Shown piece after piece: positions 1 to 11,786 of a stretch of 64,000 nucleotides of DNA. The notes below the pieces were generated by a model. The model ran no database searches. It saw only the letters and a program-made list of their open reading frames with translations, and was not told where the DNA came from. The stretch is from positions 9,247,323 through 9,311,322 of the forward strand of contig NC_057752.1 of NCBI RefSeq assembly GCF_004010195.1, written 5' to 3'. The stretch comes from Chiloscyllium plagiosum. Its lineage: Eukaryota. The translations under genes and the position numbers were made by a program. Positions within the stretch are counted from its first letter, which is position 1, and every line of letters starts with the position of its first letter.

Positions 1-573
1 CAGTAGCTTGAAGAAAGCCCTTTTTGGTTTCTGTTTGCAGAGATCTTGGCTAAAGATGGATCTGCAAAACTGTTACTCCTAAGAAAGAGAGGAAGTTTAG
101 GACCATTAACAAAGAGGTTACCTTTGTATAAGAAGGTTAGTTTAAAAGTTCCACAGCAGAAGTGAAGGGGTTAAATTCCTGAATGGGCATTTGAAGCTGA
201 GAAAGTGTAAGCTCAGTTGTGTGAAGGCTCAATGAAGAGGCTGTCAGGTTCTTGAAAATTGAAGCTATGATTAAATTAATCCCTGTAGATGAGATTCGGA
301 AGGGAATTTCTCTTTGTGAATACTGTGCTTTTTGGATTTATGGGATTGTATTTTACTATGTTGTGAAAGTTTTTAATTTGTATAAATAGTTTGGTTTATT
401 CTGTTTTTATTACAAAATACACCTGTTTTATTGTTGAAACCAAATTCAAAGCATTGTGTGCTTGTACTTCAGTGAAAGACCACCACTGTTTTAAAACATT
501 TTTTTTGCAACAAAGCCAAATTTTCAGTGTGGGATCTGACTTGGCTAGTAATAACATTAGTGGAATCATAATA
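1..573 (+). mobile_element. LTR fragment (3' part), related to 29929-30890
   Basis: 511-573 (aagcc..ttttcagtgtgggatctgacttgg..taata..tggaatcataata) is similar to the reverse complement of the terminus at 29929-29990. Confidence 0.5.
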
Positions 574-1040
574 CTAGAAATGAGGATTTGGTTTGAGAAT
601 GGAAAAGTGCATTTCCCTTTGCATTGAGAAAGTGAAAAAAAAATTTTTTCATAGTATACTGCTGCTTTCACCTTTTCTATCAGGAAGAAACTGAAGGAAT
701 TTAAAGAAACACAGCCAAAGTAATGTGGAAAGCTGAAGAAATTTAGTTAATGGGTCAATGGTCTAAAATAGCTTAAAAAGTACATTTGTTCTTCAGTGAA
801 TTCCAGTAAAATGTTAGTTTCATATCAAAAGTAGGGGGCTGTGTTTGTTGGGTAAATGCTTGGAGTTTTGCTGAACCATTTGGATTAACAGGGGCCTGTC
901 TCTCACTGTCTCACTGGTTTGATTAAGTATCTTGGAATATTGTACTATACAGAAACAAGCTGTAGGTATCATCACTTTGCATGTACCAGTTGAGTTTTTA
1001 AAAAATTCTTTAATACTGTCATTGTGTTTGTGTAGCAATA

Positions 1041-1352
1041 CAGGTGCACAATCCTTTATCCGAAATCCAAAATCTTTTCGTGGAGTGTGGAGCGTTCTTT
1101 TGGCGTGAGGGCAGGTGACCCCAACTCTATACATGCACACACATTCGAACCACATCACTCCGATGTGGTGTGGCCCAGCACTGGCAGGCGTCAATTGTGT
1201 CTCAGCACTCGTACTATTCTCACGTGCGTCTGCTGTTAGGTATTTTTAAATGACATTTTCATAGTGAAATAGAGTTATTCTGAAATTCAAAAAATTCCAA
1301 ATTCTGAAAAACATCTGGCCCCAAAGATTTATGATAAAGGATTGTGTACCTG
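1041..1352. mobile_element. Tc1/mariner (Tigger-like) MITE
   Basis: 20-bp TIRs CAGGTGCACAATCCTTTATC and GATAAAGGATTGTGTACCTG (19/20 match), flanked by TA on both sides; no ORF. Confidence 0.85.
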
Positions 1353-1361
1353 TATTAATAT

Positions 1362-1520
1362 CAGTGTGGTGCTGGAAAAGCACAACAGGTCAGGCAGTAT
1401 CCAAGGAGCAGGAGACTTGACGTTTCGGACAGAAGCCTTTCATTAGGAATGTGGGGGTCTGAGAGATAAAGTGGAGCTGGTGTGGTTGGGGGGGTGGGTG
1501 GGGGAGGCGGGGTTGGAGTT
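1362..1520 (-). mobile_element. Penelope-like terminal fragment
   Basis: gtgtggtgctggaaaagcacaacaggtcaggcagtatcc... same family as the hairpin elements; hammerhead core decayed. Confidence 0.7.
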
Positions 1521-1592
1521 AACATCCTTTTCAGTGTTATTTACTACATTACACACTCTCCTTTTTTATGTGCAGGCAAACCTATAGAGGAC

Positions 1593-1711
1593 ATGGAGCG
1601 ATCATCATTTACCAGAGGGCAATGGACATCTCAGTCCCTGCGGATTACTGCCAAAGAGCTGTCTATCGTTAATAAAAGGGGAACAGCGGCTCTGAGGGAA
1701 CGTTTTTCTAA
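1593..1711 (+). CDS. LIMA1: LIMA1/EPLIN-beta first coding exon (exon starts 1576; ATG 1593)
   Basis: Encodes MERSSFTRGQWTSQSLRITAKELSIVNKRGTAALRERFSK, matching the recalled vertebrate EPLIN-beta N-terminus (MESSPFNRRQWTSLSLRVTAKELSLVNK...FSK). Acceptor tgcAG at 1574-1575, donor GTAAGT at 1712; 119 coding nt, phase 2. Confidence 0.95.
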
Positions 1712-2029
1712 GTAAGTACATTAAATAGGGACGATAAATAGCTTTCTAGGTCGACGAAGGTTGGCTGTCCCTTTCTGCTTGTGTGCCATGTGATGTTTTG
1801 CCATTTGACCCTCTTAGGAATCTGTATTTGTTAATACAGACCTGAGCCTATAGGCTTAAAGTGAAGGATGCTGTTTTCCCAAATCGCAAATGGCTGAAAG
1901 CTCTAAACTCTGGTCCACATGGTTATTTGTCTGCACCTCGAATTTTGCACTAAGTTGCCATCCACATGCATAGTTTGAGATGGTATTGGAAGTAAGCCAT
2001 TCTCTGCATTCTTCAGTGAGATGACATTT

Positions 2030-3006
2030 AAAGTTTTCCCCTCTCACTCTAAACCTATACCCTCTCGTGTTTGACACCCCCCCCTCCCCCTCCCAACAAG
2101 GAAACTGCCTTGTTTATTTATCCTATCCATGCCTCTCATGCTTTTTCAACCTCTCGGGTCACCCCTCAGCCTCTGATGCTCCAGAGAAAACAGCCCCAGC
2201 CTACTCAGCCCCTCTCTATAGCTCAAACCCTCCAACCCTGGCAGCATCCTTTTCTGAGGAGAAAGTGAGGTCTGCAGATGCTGGAGATCAGAGCTGGAAA
2301 TGTGTTGCTGGAAAAGCGCAGCAGGTCAGGCAGCATCCAGGGAACAGGAGAATCGACGTTTCGGGGAAGGGCTTATGCCCGAAACGTCGATTCTCCTGTT
2401 CCCTGGATGCTGCCTGACCTGCTGCGCTTTTCCAGCAACACATTTCCAGCATCCTTTTCTGAGCCCTTTCAAGTTTCGCAACATCCTTCCCATACAGGGG
2501 AGACCAGCATTGCACATAATATTCCAAAAGTGGCCTAACCAAATGTCCTGTACAGCCACAACATGACCTCCCAATTCCTACACTTGATGCTCTGACCAGT
2601 AAAAGGAAAACATACCAAATGCCACCTTCATTCACCTGTCTACCTGTGACTCCACTTTCAAGGAACAATGAACCTGCACTCCAAGGTGTCTTTGTTCAGC
2701 AACACTCCTCAGGACCTTACTATTAAATGTACAAGTCCTGCCCTGATTTGCCTTTCCAAAATGTAGTACCTCACATTTATCTAAATTAAACTCCATCTGC
2801 CGCTCCTCAACCCATTCACCCATCTGATCAAGATCCCGTTGTACTATGCAGTAACCTTCTTCGCTGTCCACTACACCTCCAATTTTAGTGTCATCTGCAA
2901 ACTTCCTAACAATATCTCCTTTGCTCACGTCCAAATCATTTATATAAATGACGAAAGGTAGTGGACACAGCACCGATCATTGTGGCACTCCACTGGTCAC
3001 AGGCCT
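2030..3006 (-). mobile_element. CR1-type LINE RT/3' fragment
   Basis: Minus ORF 2632-2973 has [27 protein letters not shown]; interrupted by a hairpin element. Confidence 0.9.
2259..2446. mobile_element. Penelope-derived fold-back element with 17-bp TSD
   Basis: Perfect 73-bp inverted arms 2293-2365 and 2378-2450; direct repeat CAGCATCCTTTTCTGAG at 2242-2258 and 2447-2463. Confidence 0.85.
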
Positions 3007-4637
3007 GGAGAGTTGCCTTTCAGACTAGAGGCCTGTGACCAGTGGTGTTCCACAAGGATCGGTGCTGTGTCCACTGCTTTTCATTATTTTTATATAAATG
3101 ATTTAGATGTGAACATAGGAGGTATGTGTGCAGTCATATGAGGAAAAGGCAGGAGGTTGGCACTATACAATAGAACCTGTGCAGGCATGATAGGCCAAAT
3201 GGCCTCCTTTTGCACCGTAGCACTTCTGTGATTCTGCAACACTTTGGTTTCTAAAACCATTGGCCATGGCAATTCCCACCCATCTTGTTTTTAATCTTAT
3301 CTGTCAGTTTTGTTTTTCTCCATCCCCTTTTAATCCTGAAGATTCTGCCTCCCTTACAACAATTGACCATTTAGTACCTTAAGTGTTTGTCATTCATGGT
3401 TTACCACTAATCAAATATGTTGGCTGACTATTAGACTATTTTGCCTAATGTGAGATTTATCTTTTCTCCATGAGACATCTAGATAGGTTGTGGGACCTTG
3501 ATCAATAATTACCCCTTATTTTCCCCCAGTTCTCGTTCGAGATAAGCACAGACCCAGCTTCAAACTTGGCATCTTCCTGGTGACTTCACTTGGAAGATAG
3601 CTGATCAAGCTTGGGTTGCTGACCAGCATGCATGTAGTTTCCTGCTTGATCAGATGTTCATATTATTTTGGAGCCAGTTGAGCATAAGAATGCATATATA
3701 TGAAATTTTTGTGCTTCACCTTTTTTTGTTATTAATTTTAGAAATTCATGTAATTTGTTGAAGATATAACATTTCAAACTTTTTTTAGGGTTGAATTGTG
3801 AAAAATACTGAGTACACTTCATAAAGGTTTAGCCTTCCAAACCTTGTTTGCATCTTCTGGGAATGTTTTTGAGCTGTAGGATACTGATTCGATTTGTGCA
3901 CAGGCATGCTAGTGCCTCATGTAGTTTTCACCAAGTAGCTTACTGGTGGTGTCCCTTGTGATAACTCAGATTGGTGACATCTGATTAATGTGCGGAGGGA
4001 GAAGTGGGATTTTGTTTGCTTCTAACAACTGTTTTAGAACTGTTATTGGAACTCCACGCTTCCATCCAATCCAACATTCGACAAAGAGGGAGCTGGAGGA
4101 TGCATATTTTAAACGGCAAGTTCCTCAGCCAAATTCTTTTGTCAAGAGGGGATTGGACAGCTAATGTCAGGAAACCTGACATTATTTACCAAGCTTGGAC
4201 TGGTTCCTACTTGTTGTCTTGGTTTCAGATTTGTACCCATATTGGTAACTAGCAGCTGGAACTTAAATTTTATTTTCTCCACTCAAGTCCAGGCAAACCA
4301 AAATCCTGTTGTAGAAATCCCGCATTGAAAGCCTTAGACCAGGATTTTAGAGTTCATCTCCTTTCTCTACGCTACACTCTTGTGCTGCCTTTGCACTCCT
4401 ATCTTCATTCTTTTTCAGTTGTATTGAAAATAGTTGTCAATAAACATGAGGGAAGAGATTCTGAAGCATTGTAGTGTGTCTGTTTGCTCAATAACAATGT
4501 CTGTCTGTGTCAGATTTGTACAGTTTACAGATCAAATCCCATTTCATTTAGTGAATGGTCTAATGAGGCATTCAGCATTCTGTGCCAAAAGTCTTCCATG
4601 ATTTGATTCCTATTAATCCCAGTCTCTTTGCCCTCAG

Positions 4638-4683
4638 GTATCAGAAAGCAGCAGAGGAAGCAAGCAGTGAACGAAAGAAGGGG
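4638..4683 (+). CDS. LIMA1: LIMA1 coding exon 2 (46 nt)
   Basis: ccctcAG acceptor; (K)YQKAAEEASSERKKG matches EPLIN KYQKAAEE; donor GTAGGT at 4684. Phase 2 in, phase 0 out. Confidence 0.95.
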
Positions 4684-5513
4684 GTAGGTGCACCTTTTCA
4701 GATTGGTTGTGATTTATTTCTGCTTTGCATGTGCAGAGAATGTATATTGAGCTGGAATTACTCAGTGAAAACTTGCTAGCTAAAAATAATCATATGCTTT
4801 CAGAATTTTGAGGTTTTTTGCACTCATGTACATGATCAGTAAGTGGTTATTCTCCGATTACTATACCATAGTAGTCTCATTCTCATAACCTTTCCACCTG
4901 TTCTGGTAGGATTTGTGCTTGATATACACATCTCTTTGAATTGATTTTCTCAAGAGCATCTACAGACTGGTCAGTAGAATAGCTTTGCGTTGACTCAAGA
5001 TAATTCATTCACTGTATTTGTTAGTTGGGTTGTACTATAGAAGGTCAGAAATATGGGTTTGAATTTTTAAAACTTGGTTAACAAACCTGAAGTCATGGTG
5101 AAAAAGTGAATGAAGCTTGTACAGCTGTTGGAAGATGTTTCACTTGTTCCTGTGAAATGCCAGCAGGAACTGAGTGTTGCACTTTTGTTCGTTGGCATCA
5201 TTGTGCAGTTATTGTGGTTCTTATTCTCTACCTCATCTGCATCTCCAAAGTTGTTCCTCCCCAACAAATCAAAGGATTGAAATGCCTGCAGAGTCTCCTT
5301 TTTTTAAAAATACTTTTTAAAAACTCATTCACGGGATGTGGGCATCACCATCCAAGCCAGCATTTGTTACCCACTCCTAATTGCCCAGTGGGCAGTTAAG
5401 TGTCAAATGAGGTGATGGCCTAGTGGTATTTTCACTGGATTGTTAATCGGAGACCCAGATCATGTTCTGGGGAACCAGGATTGAATCCTGCCCTGGGATA
5501 ATAATTTGTCTTG

Positions 5514-5590
5514 AGTGTAGCCGAGCAGTCTAAGGTGTGGCATTTAGGCTCCAGTCTCTAGAGGCATGGGTTTGAATCTGACTGCTACCA
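5514..5590 (+). pseudogene. tRNA-Leu(TAG) pseudogene or tRNA-derived fragment
   Basis: agtgtagccgagcagtctaaggtgtggcatTTAGGCTCCAGTCTCtagaggcatgggtttgaatc..actgctacca aligns to vertebrate tRNA-Leu-TAG, with CpG decay and broken stems. Confidence 0.75.
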
Positions 5591-5638
5591 TATGCTGTTA
5601 GTATGTTAGATGAATCGCAGTGTGGGTGAGCACTTTAT

Positions 5639-5935
5639 GGGTGGCATAGTGGTTCAGTGGTTAGCACTGCTGCCCCAGTGCCAGGGACCTGGGTTCAATT
5701 TCACCCTCTGGTGACTGTCTGCCTGTGTGGAGTTGGTACGTTCTGTGGGTACTTTGGTTTCTTTCTGTCCAAAGATGTGCAGGTTGGGTGGATTAGCCAT
5801 GCTAAATTGCCCCATAGTGTCCAGAGATGTGCATTGGAAATGTAGGGTGGCAGGGATAGGTTGGGGGTCTGGATCTCGGTGGGATGCTGATCAGTGTGGA
5901 CTCGATGGGCCAAATGGCTTTTTTGCACATTAGGG
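5639..5935 (+). mobile_element. HE1/V-type tRNA SINE (diverged)
   Basis: A/B boxes, V-domain-like core (gtccaaagatgtgcaggtt) and CR1-like tail. Confidence 0.8.
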
Positions 5936-6439
5936 ATTTTGTGACATGTCGGCCAGACCAGGTAAGGACGGTAGTTTCCTTCCCTAAAGAATATTAGTGA
6001 ACCAGATGAGTTTTTCCTGACAATGGTTTCATTGGTTATTATTGGCATCCTAATTCCAGAGAGTTTTTGAATTCAATTTATACCATCTGCCATGGCCGGA
6101 TTTGTCCCCAGAGCATTACCAGGATCTCTGGTGTAGTACTCTAGTGATAATATCATCAAGGCCATCATTTTCCCTAAAATCCCCTAAATCATCATAAATA
6201 TAATTGATCCACAAGTACAGAAAACCAAGCCAAAATGGGCTATCAGTGACGAAACCTATTTTGCCACCAGCATCTAATGCAGAGGAGTTGAACTGGTATA
6301 TAACTTCTTCCTTTTTATAAATCTACTGGCACAGAGCTCCTGCAAAGATTCATTTGTACTAGTTGATACAATTGAATTTGTTGAAGTAGTCTGCAGGATC
6401 TAAATCTTCGACTTTTTGCAAATAACATTATAGTTGTGT

Positions 6440-6610
6440 TAAAAATCACAACACCAGGTTGTAGTGCAACAGGTTTATTTGGAAGCACTAGCTTTGAGTG
6501 CTGCTCCTTCACCAGGTGGACACTGAAAGCTAGTGCTTCCAAATAAACCTTTTGGACTATAATCTGGTGTTGTGTGATTTGGAACCCCAGTCCAACACTG
6601 GCTTCTCCAT
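6440..6610. mobile_element. Penelope-derived fold-back element, second family
   Basis: Inverted arms aatcacaacaccagg..ggtttatttggaagcactagcttt and aaagctagtgcttccaaataaacc..tggtgttgtgtgatt; same terminus as 18310-18435 and 40040-40167. Confidence 0.8.
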
Positions 6611-8139
6611 ACCGTTGTTAATTTAGAACCTAGTTAAGATTGGAATTTTTCTTTCTGGAATTTTTGAAATGATAACCTCTTCCCTCCCAGTGTGGATAAG
6701 TAGTTAATTTCTAGCTTCCAAACATTAGGTTACTAAATTAGATCAGTAGTAGCTAAGGCATTTGAATCAGCTGTGTCCCAGATTTGGTTGCAGTGCTGAG
6801 TTAATTGGTAGTAGAAGTGTGACAATTGATCACAACCATACTAAAATAGACCAGAGAAAGTTGACCAGTATTTCTGCTGGCTCTTCAGTGACCCTTGTTG
6901 GTATGACTTTTTGTTTTTGCTTGCTTGATAAAGATGAGTCCAGTTTGGTTGTGCTGCTTAGACAATGCGGGACTGGAGACAGGAAGGATCACAACTTTTT
7001 TCAACATTTTAGGGGAAGAAGAAATTGGCAGATGGAAAATTTAATAGTCTTGTATCTGTTTAGACCATAAAAATATCTTAAAATAAGAGAAACAATAAGA
7101 AATTATTGTATCTTGGGGAAATTACATGGTTAAGTTGCAACAAAAGTTCTTAATTCTTTTGTGTTTGAGAATTGTAACATGATGATCCCAGTTGAGGTCA
7201 GTTATGCTCTTTCTTGGCACAAACTTCCCTTTATCCCATGGAGCCCTTGCCACTATAAAATACATACACTTAGGAATCTTTGTTTCTGGTAAGTAAGGAT
7301 TGTTTTTTTTAAATCCAGGGCTTGTATTAAATGCCGAATGTTATTGGGTAACCATTCACAGGGTTAAGTGGTCACTTAGTTTTTGAAGAGTTAAATTTGT
7401 GAGGTGGACCTCAAGCTGAGTTTATCCAGTGATCCCTTTTAATTCCCCCAGGCTTTGTCTGTCTGGCCTTTTTTTTTCCCCTCTCTTTCAAACTGTGGGA
7501 AAATGAAAGGAGCATAAGCACCTGGTGTTGATGAATTGCAAACAGGCACAGTTATTACTAATGTTCAATTCTAAGTTTACCTTTAGAGTATTGGAAAGCA
7601 TCAAGAGCAACCAGTCGAAAGAACCTAAATTGTTTTCGTAAAGTTTAGTATTTTGACAAGGATTTTTGCACTCTTGCATCTACTTTTGAACCTTTTTTTT
7701 TTCCCTAAAATGTATGGATATTGGCCCACCAAGGAGTCAAAACAAGTGGATGGGCATAAAGATACAAGCTAGCCATAATCTAATTGACTGGCAGAACAAG
7801 TTCAAGGGCCTTAATGGCCTACTTCTGTTATTAACATGCATTTGCCAGGTATGGTCTTGTGCCTTTCTTTTCATGCTGAATCAATGTTTGCCCCTCTCTT
7901 CTTTTTCCGTTTCTAAATTCCCAATGTTTATCTTACTCTGCTGGAAAGTGAATTAAGGCAAAGTTGTAATCAGTTATGATGCCCACCCAATTTGCCATCT
8001 AGATTCTGTTGTGCAGATTGAAATGGGGGAAGTTAATAGGAAAAATTAGTGTGTCCGATCCATTGCCCAACCCCTTCCACACAGGTATCATACCCACCAT
8101 ACTGATGATGTCATTAACTTTATTGCTATTTTATCTATT

Positions 8140-8253
8140 TTTCTAATCAACCTGTTCAGAGATGTTATCACATACCTCTGGAACAGGTGGGACTTGAACC
8201 CAGGCTTGCAGATCCAGGGGTAGGGACACCACCACTGTGCTGCAAGAGGGCCC
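8140..8253 (-). mobile_element. Short (~115 bp) tRNA-derived SINE
   Basis: Reverse complement has an A box (cagtggt) and a B box (ggttcaagtccc); related copies at 35525-35642 (+) and 53535-53640 (-). Confidence 0.65.
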
Positions 8254-8894
8254 TGATTAACTACTTATGTCAGTAGCCTTAACTCTTTCACTTGACCAAT
8301 GTTGCTCAATCAGCAAGCTTTGCTGGTTGAAGCCTGCTATGTTGCCACTGTGCTCACGATATGTCCATTGTGAAAGATGTGATGACAGGAAATGAGTAAC
8401 TAAGTATAAAGCATAACTAACTGCCAAAGTTTACATCTACAGGATGTTTCTGGGATTGTGCCAGGTTGAATTCGTCGTTTGAACTATTCAGCTACAGATA
8501 ACTCTTGTGCAATGCTGTCAAGTCTCTGTTTGTTGGTACAGCTTGGATTGGCTATGAAATTCGAAAAGCTAAAGGAAAAGCCTTGGGGGGGGGGAAATAT
8601 ACACACAGTGTATGCTGCAAAAGTAGCTTATTTTTGACAGTGGATGCTGACCTGCTTGAAAAATTGTTGTAGAGCTTGGTGTATTTGTTTTGTAATGCTA
8701 GGATGGATCAAAATCAGCCACCATATTTGAGACATTGTAGAAAGCAAAAATAATTGAATTACTTGATGTTGCCACAGTATTTTCCTTCTTCCCTTCCTCT
8801 TTCTTCCCATCCCTTTTAATGATCCCAGTGCCTGCCCTTAACCTTCGTTGGGGTGTGGTTTCAATGACACTGTTTTTACCAAAGGGTACAGCCA

Positions 8895-9096
8895 ATGACT
8901 CAGATGCTGGAAACCAGATTCTAGATTAGTGTGGTGCTGGAAAAGCGCAGCAGTTCAGTCAGCATCCAAGGAGCAGGAAAATCAATGTTTTGGGCAAAAG
9001 CCCTTCATCAGCCCTTTTGCCCGAAACGTGGATTTTCCTGCTCCTCGGATGCTGCCTGAACGGCTGTGCTTTTCCAGCACCACTCTAATCTAGAAC
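8895..9096. mobile_element. Penelope-derived fold-back element
   Basis: Inverted arms tagattag..gtggtgctggaaaagc..gggcaaaag and cttttgcccg..ccagcaccactctaatctaga. Confidence 0.85.
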
Positions 9097-9653
9097 TTGT
9101 ACCCTTTGGTACTCTGTCCCAAGTGGTCTATGATTCAGCAGACTAGATTATTAACAACTTTTACTGTGGAAGGCCTTATTAAGAAACTTGATTCCTCCTT
9201 TGTGCTTATGTTGCAGCAGGAGTTACTAAATGGCTGCTGTCGCTCTAGATTCCCATCTGATAACCCCAGTCTAGCCTGAGATCAATGGGTTGCTTTGATT
9301 GAAATTGGCTGTTGTGAATATGTTGAGGACTGAAATTGCCAACTGTATTTATGTGATGTAACTCTATACCATTGATAGTGTTACTCTGCCATTAAGGATG
9401 CTCAATTTTAAATTTAAGCCACTGTACCATTTCACAGAAATTAACAGGGCCGTGCAGCCCATTGTGCTTATGCAAGCTCTTTGAAAGAATGGTGTGATTA
9501 GTCCTGCTCCCTTGCCAAATTACCTTCAAGTAATGAGTAGTTTTAGAATTCCTTTTTAGAACGTTCGTAGTGATTCTGCTTTGTCCAGCCTTGCTGTAGT
9601 GATATGCCTTCACTTTTAAAGACAAAGACAGGATAATGATAAAGTATGTTGAT

Positions 9654-9975
9654 GGGCGGCACGGTGGCACAGTGGTTAGCACTGCTGTCTCACAGCGCCA
9701 GAGACCCGGGTTCAATTCCCGCCTCAGGCGACTGACTGTGTGGAGTTTGCACATTCTCCCCGTGTCTGCGTGGGTTTCCTCTGGGTGCTCTGGTTTCCTC
9801 CCACAGTCCAAAAATGTGCAGGTTAGGTGAATTGGCCATGCTGAATTGCCCGTAGTGTTAGGTGAAGGGGTAAATGTAGGAGAATGGGTCTGGGTGGGTT
9901 ACGCTTCGGCGGTTCAGTGTGGACTTGTTGGGCTGAAGGGCCTGTTTCCACACTGTAAGTAATCTAATCTAATCT
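9654..9975 (+). mobile_element. HE1/V-type tRNA SINE, full length, young
   Basis: gggcggcacggtggcacagtggttagc...ggttcaattccc...tail ctgtaagt(aatct)n; near-identical to 27135, 43897 and 62640. Confidence 0.92.
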
Positions 9976-10349
9976 ACGTTCTTCATGATTTATGGATGTA
10001 GGGGCCTTGTGACCTCTTTGGCTTCTGTTACTCTGGGCTGGGTGGGGGGAATTATTGATGGTAGTTCCCATAGTTCATACCACTACTTGCTAGGGGTGGG
10101 GAAATTTTCCCATCAGCTCTTGATAGACGGATGCCCTATCTCTACTCTGCTCATGGTTGATTGTCATGAAAACTCCCACTGTTCATTTTACCATCCTCTG
10201 AGCAAAGTTCCATCTAAGCCACTGAGTAATTATTGTTCTCTCACAAGTCAAGCACAAGTTACTCACTCACTGCATGGTTGTACAAAACCATTTACCAGCC
10301 CACGCACTTAAGTGAATAGATCATGCACGATAAAGAAATAATTATCAGA

Positions 10350-10842
10350 GACATGGCCTTGAAGTCAGGAGCGTACAGGTTCAAATTCCGCTCCAGAGTC
10401 CTGAGCCAGTAAGCCAAGCTAGCATTCCCAATTCAGTACTGTCTTTTGCACTGATGGTGAAACTGAGACTGTGGATATCAAAAGGTCCTTTCGTTGTGCT
10501 TCAAAGGAAGCTGGGACATTCTCCCCAGTGTCCTGAACAATATTTATCCTTTTGGCCAACATTAATTGCTTTTTTTAAAAAAACACAAAATCACAGTGCT
10601 GCTTGTAGAACTGTTGTGTACAACTAGCCTGCTGCTTTCCCTACATTACAGTATTTGTCACACCTTCATTTTGCATTGGCTGTAAAATGCTTTGTAAAAG
10701 GGGGCTTTTGCCCAAAACGTCAATTTTACTGCACTTCGGATGCTGCCTGAACTGCTGTGCTCTTCCAGCACCACTAATCCAGAATGTAAAATGCTTTGGA
10801 ATATCCTGTGTTTGTAAAAGGTGCTATTTAAATGCAAGTTTG
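10350..10842 (+). mobile_element. Old Deu-type SINE (SacSINE1-like) interrupted by a PLE terminal fragment (10695-10784)
   Basis: ctccccagtgtcctgaacaatatttatcc..cctacattaca..cattggctgtaaaatgctttg..tgctatttaaatgcaagt; insert flanked by 14-bp TSD TGTAAAATGCTTTG (10681-10694 and 10785-10798). Confidence 0.7.
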
Positions 10843-11523
10843 ACCTTCCCCTTTCAGGGAAGGGGGGGCAAATACCCCTCTGCTGTGTCTGACCTTGATG
10901 TGATCTCAGTTTAACACCGTTTTGTGCTTGATTCTTTAATGTAAAAATACAGACCACCACTAACTTCTCAAAGTAGCTACAGATGAGCAATAAGTGGCTC
11001 CTTCCTAGTGTGGTAAATCCACTATAAAAACATTTGTGTTTTTTATTAAAAAGGTAACCTCCCATTGTAAGGAACCTGGGTTTCCAGTGTTGGCTAAAAG
11101 ATTTAGTCAATGAGCAAAACTTTCTGCTCGGGTTGTTAACCCACTGTTGACTGCATTCGTAAACCTAAAGTCAGCAACTTGTCCAGCAGCAACAGAGACA
11201 ACTTTGTTCTGTGCATATGCAGATCTTGTGAACTGCTGCTGGATACATTGGCTGCACTTTGTTGCTCGGTATTTGAAGAACAGTTCAAAGTATGAGTATA
11301 AAGTTGGAGGAGCATTATAGTCATTGCTCTCCTCAAGTCAAAATGGCAAATTTGAAACCTCAATTTGCTGGAAATTTGAAACTGGGTCATCCCAGTACTA
11401 CTGAATTGCCCTGGAATTTCTTTTTTTTGTCTTGGATTGCAGAGTAAAACTTTTTTTTTTTGGGTACTCATTTAATTTTATAAGTAAAATCCTTAACAAT
11501 TCCCTTCATTGTTCTTCCTTTTT

Positions 11524-11533
11524 CCTTATAAGG
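11524..11533. promoter_or_regulatory. CArG box (SRF site) of the putative EPLIN-alpha internal promoter
   Basis: CCTTATAAGG is a perfect CC(A/T)6GG, about 250 bp upstream of the exon carrying the alpha ATG. Mammalian EPLIN-alpha is an SRF/MRTF target driven from this intron. Confidence 0.8.
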
Positions 11534-11786
11534 AATTTCTCTGCTGTTTTATCATTTCCTGCTTTGGTTTCCTGGCTTTCTGCTATGCCCTGAGGGGAGA
11601 AATGCCTGTACAAGTTGTAACACTAAATGGTTGCAGCTGCCTAAGTAACTCAAAGCACTGGTGACACGTATGTTTTGTGTGTGTATGCGCGCACTGTTTC
11701 CTGTTTGCAAAGCAACAACAAAACTTTCAATCTGTGCTGTGGCCATTCCTTCTCTGTAATGGGTTTCAAATTCTGTCTTCTTGCAG

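Noticed and set aside
2259..2450. Hairpins as CRISPR repeats, terminators or DNA-transposon MITEs
   Set aside because: Vertebrate context, no repeat-spacer array, variable TSD length, and sequence identity with PLE termini.
4631..4644. AG|GT at the exon start as a recursive splice site
   Set aside because: GTATCA is simply the K-Y-Q coding sequence, and the intron is short.
5514..5590. Functional tRNA-Leu gene
   Set aside because: Acceptor, anticodon and T stems are disrupted; the B box is mutated.
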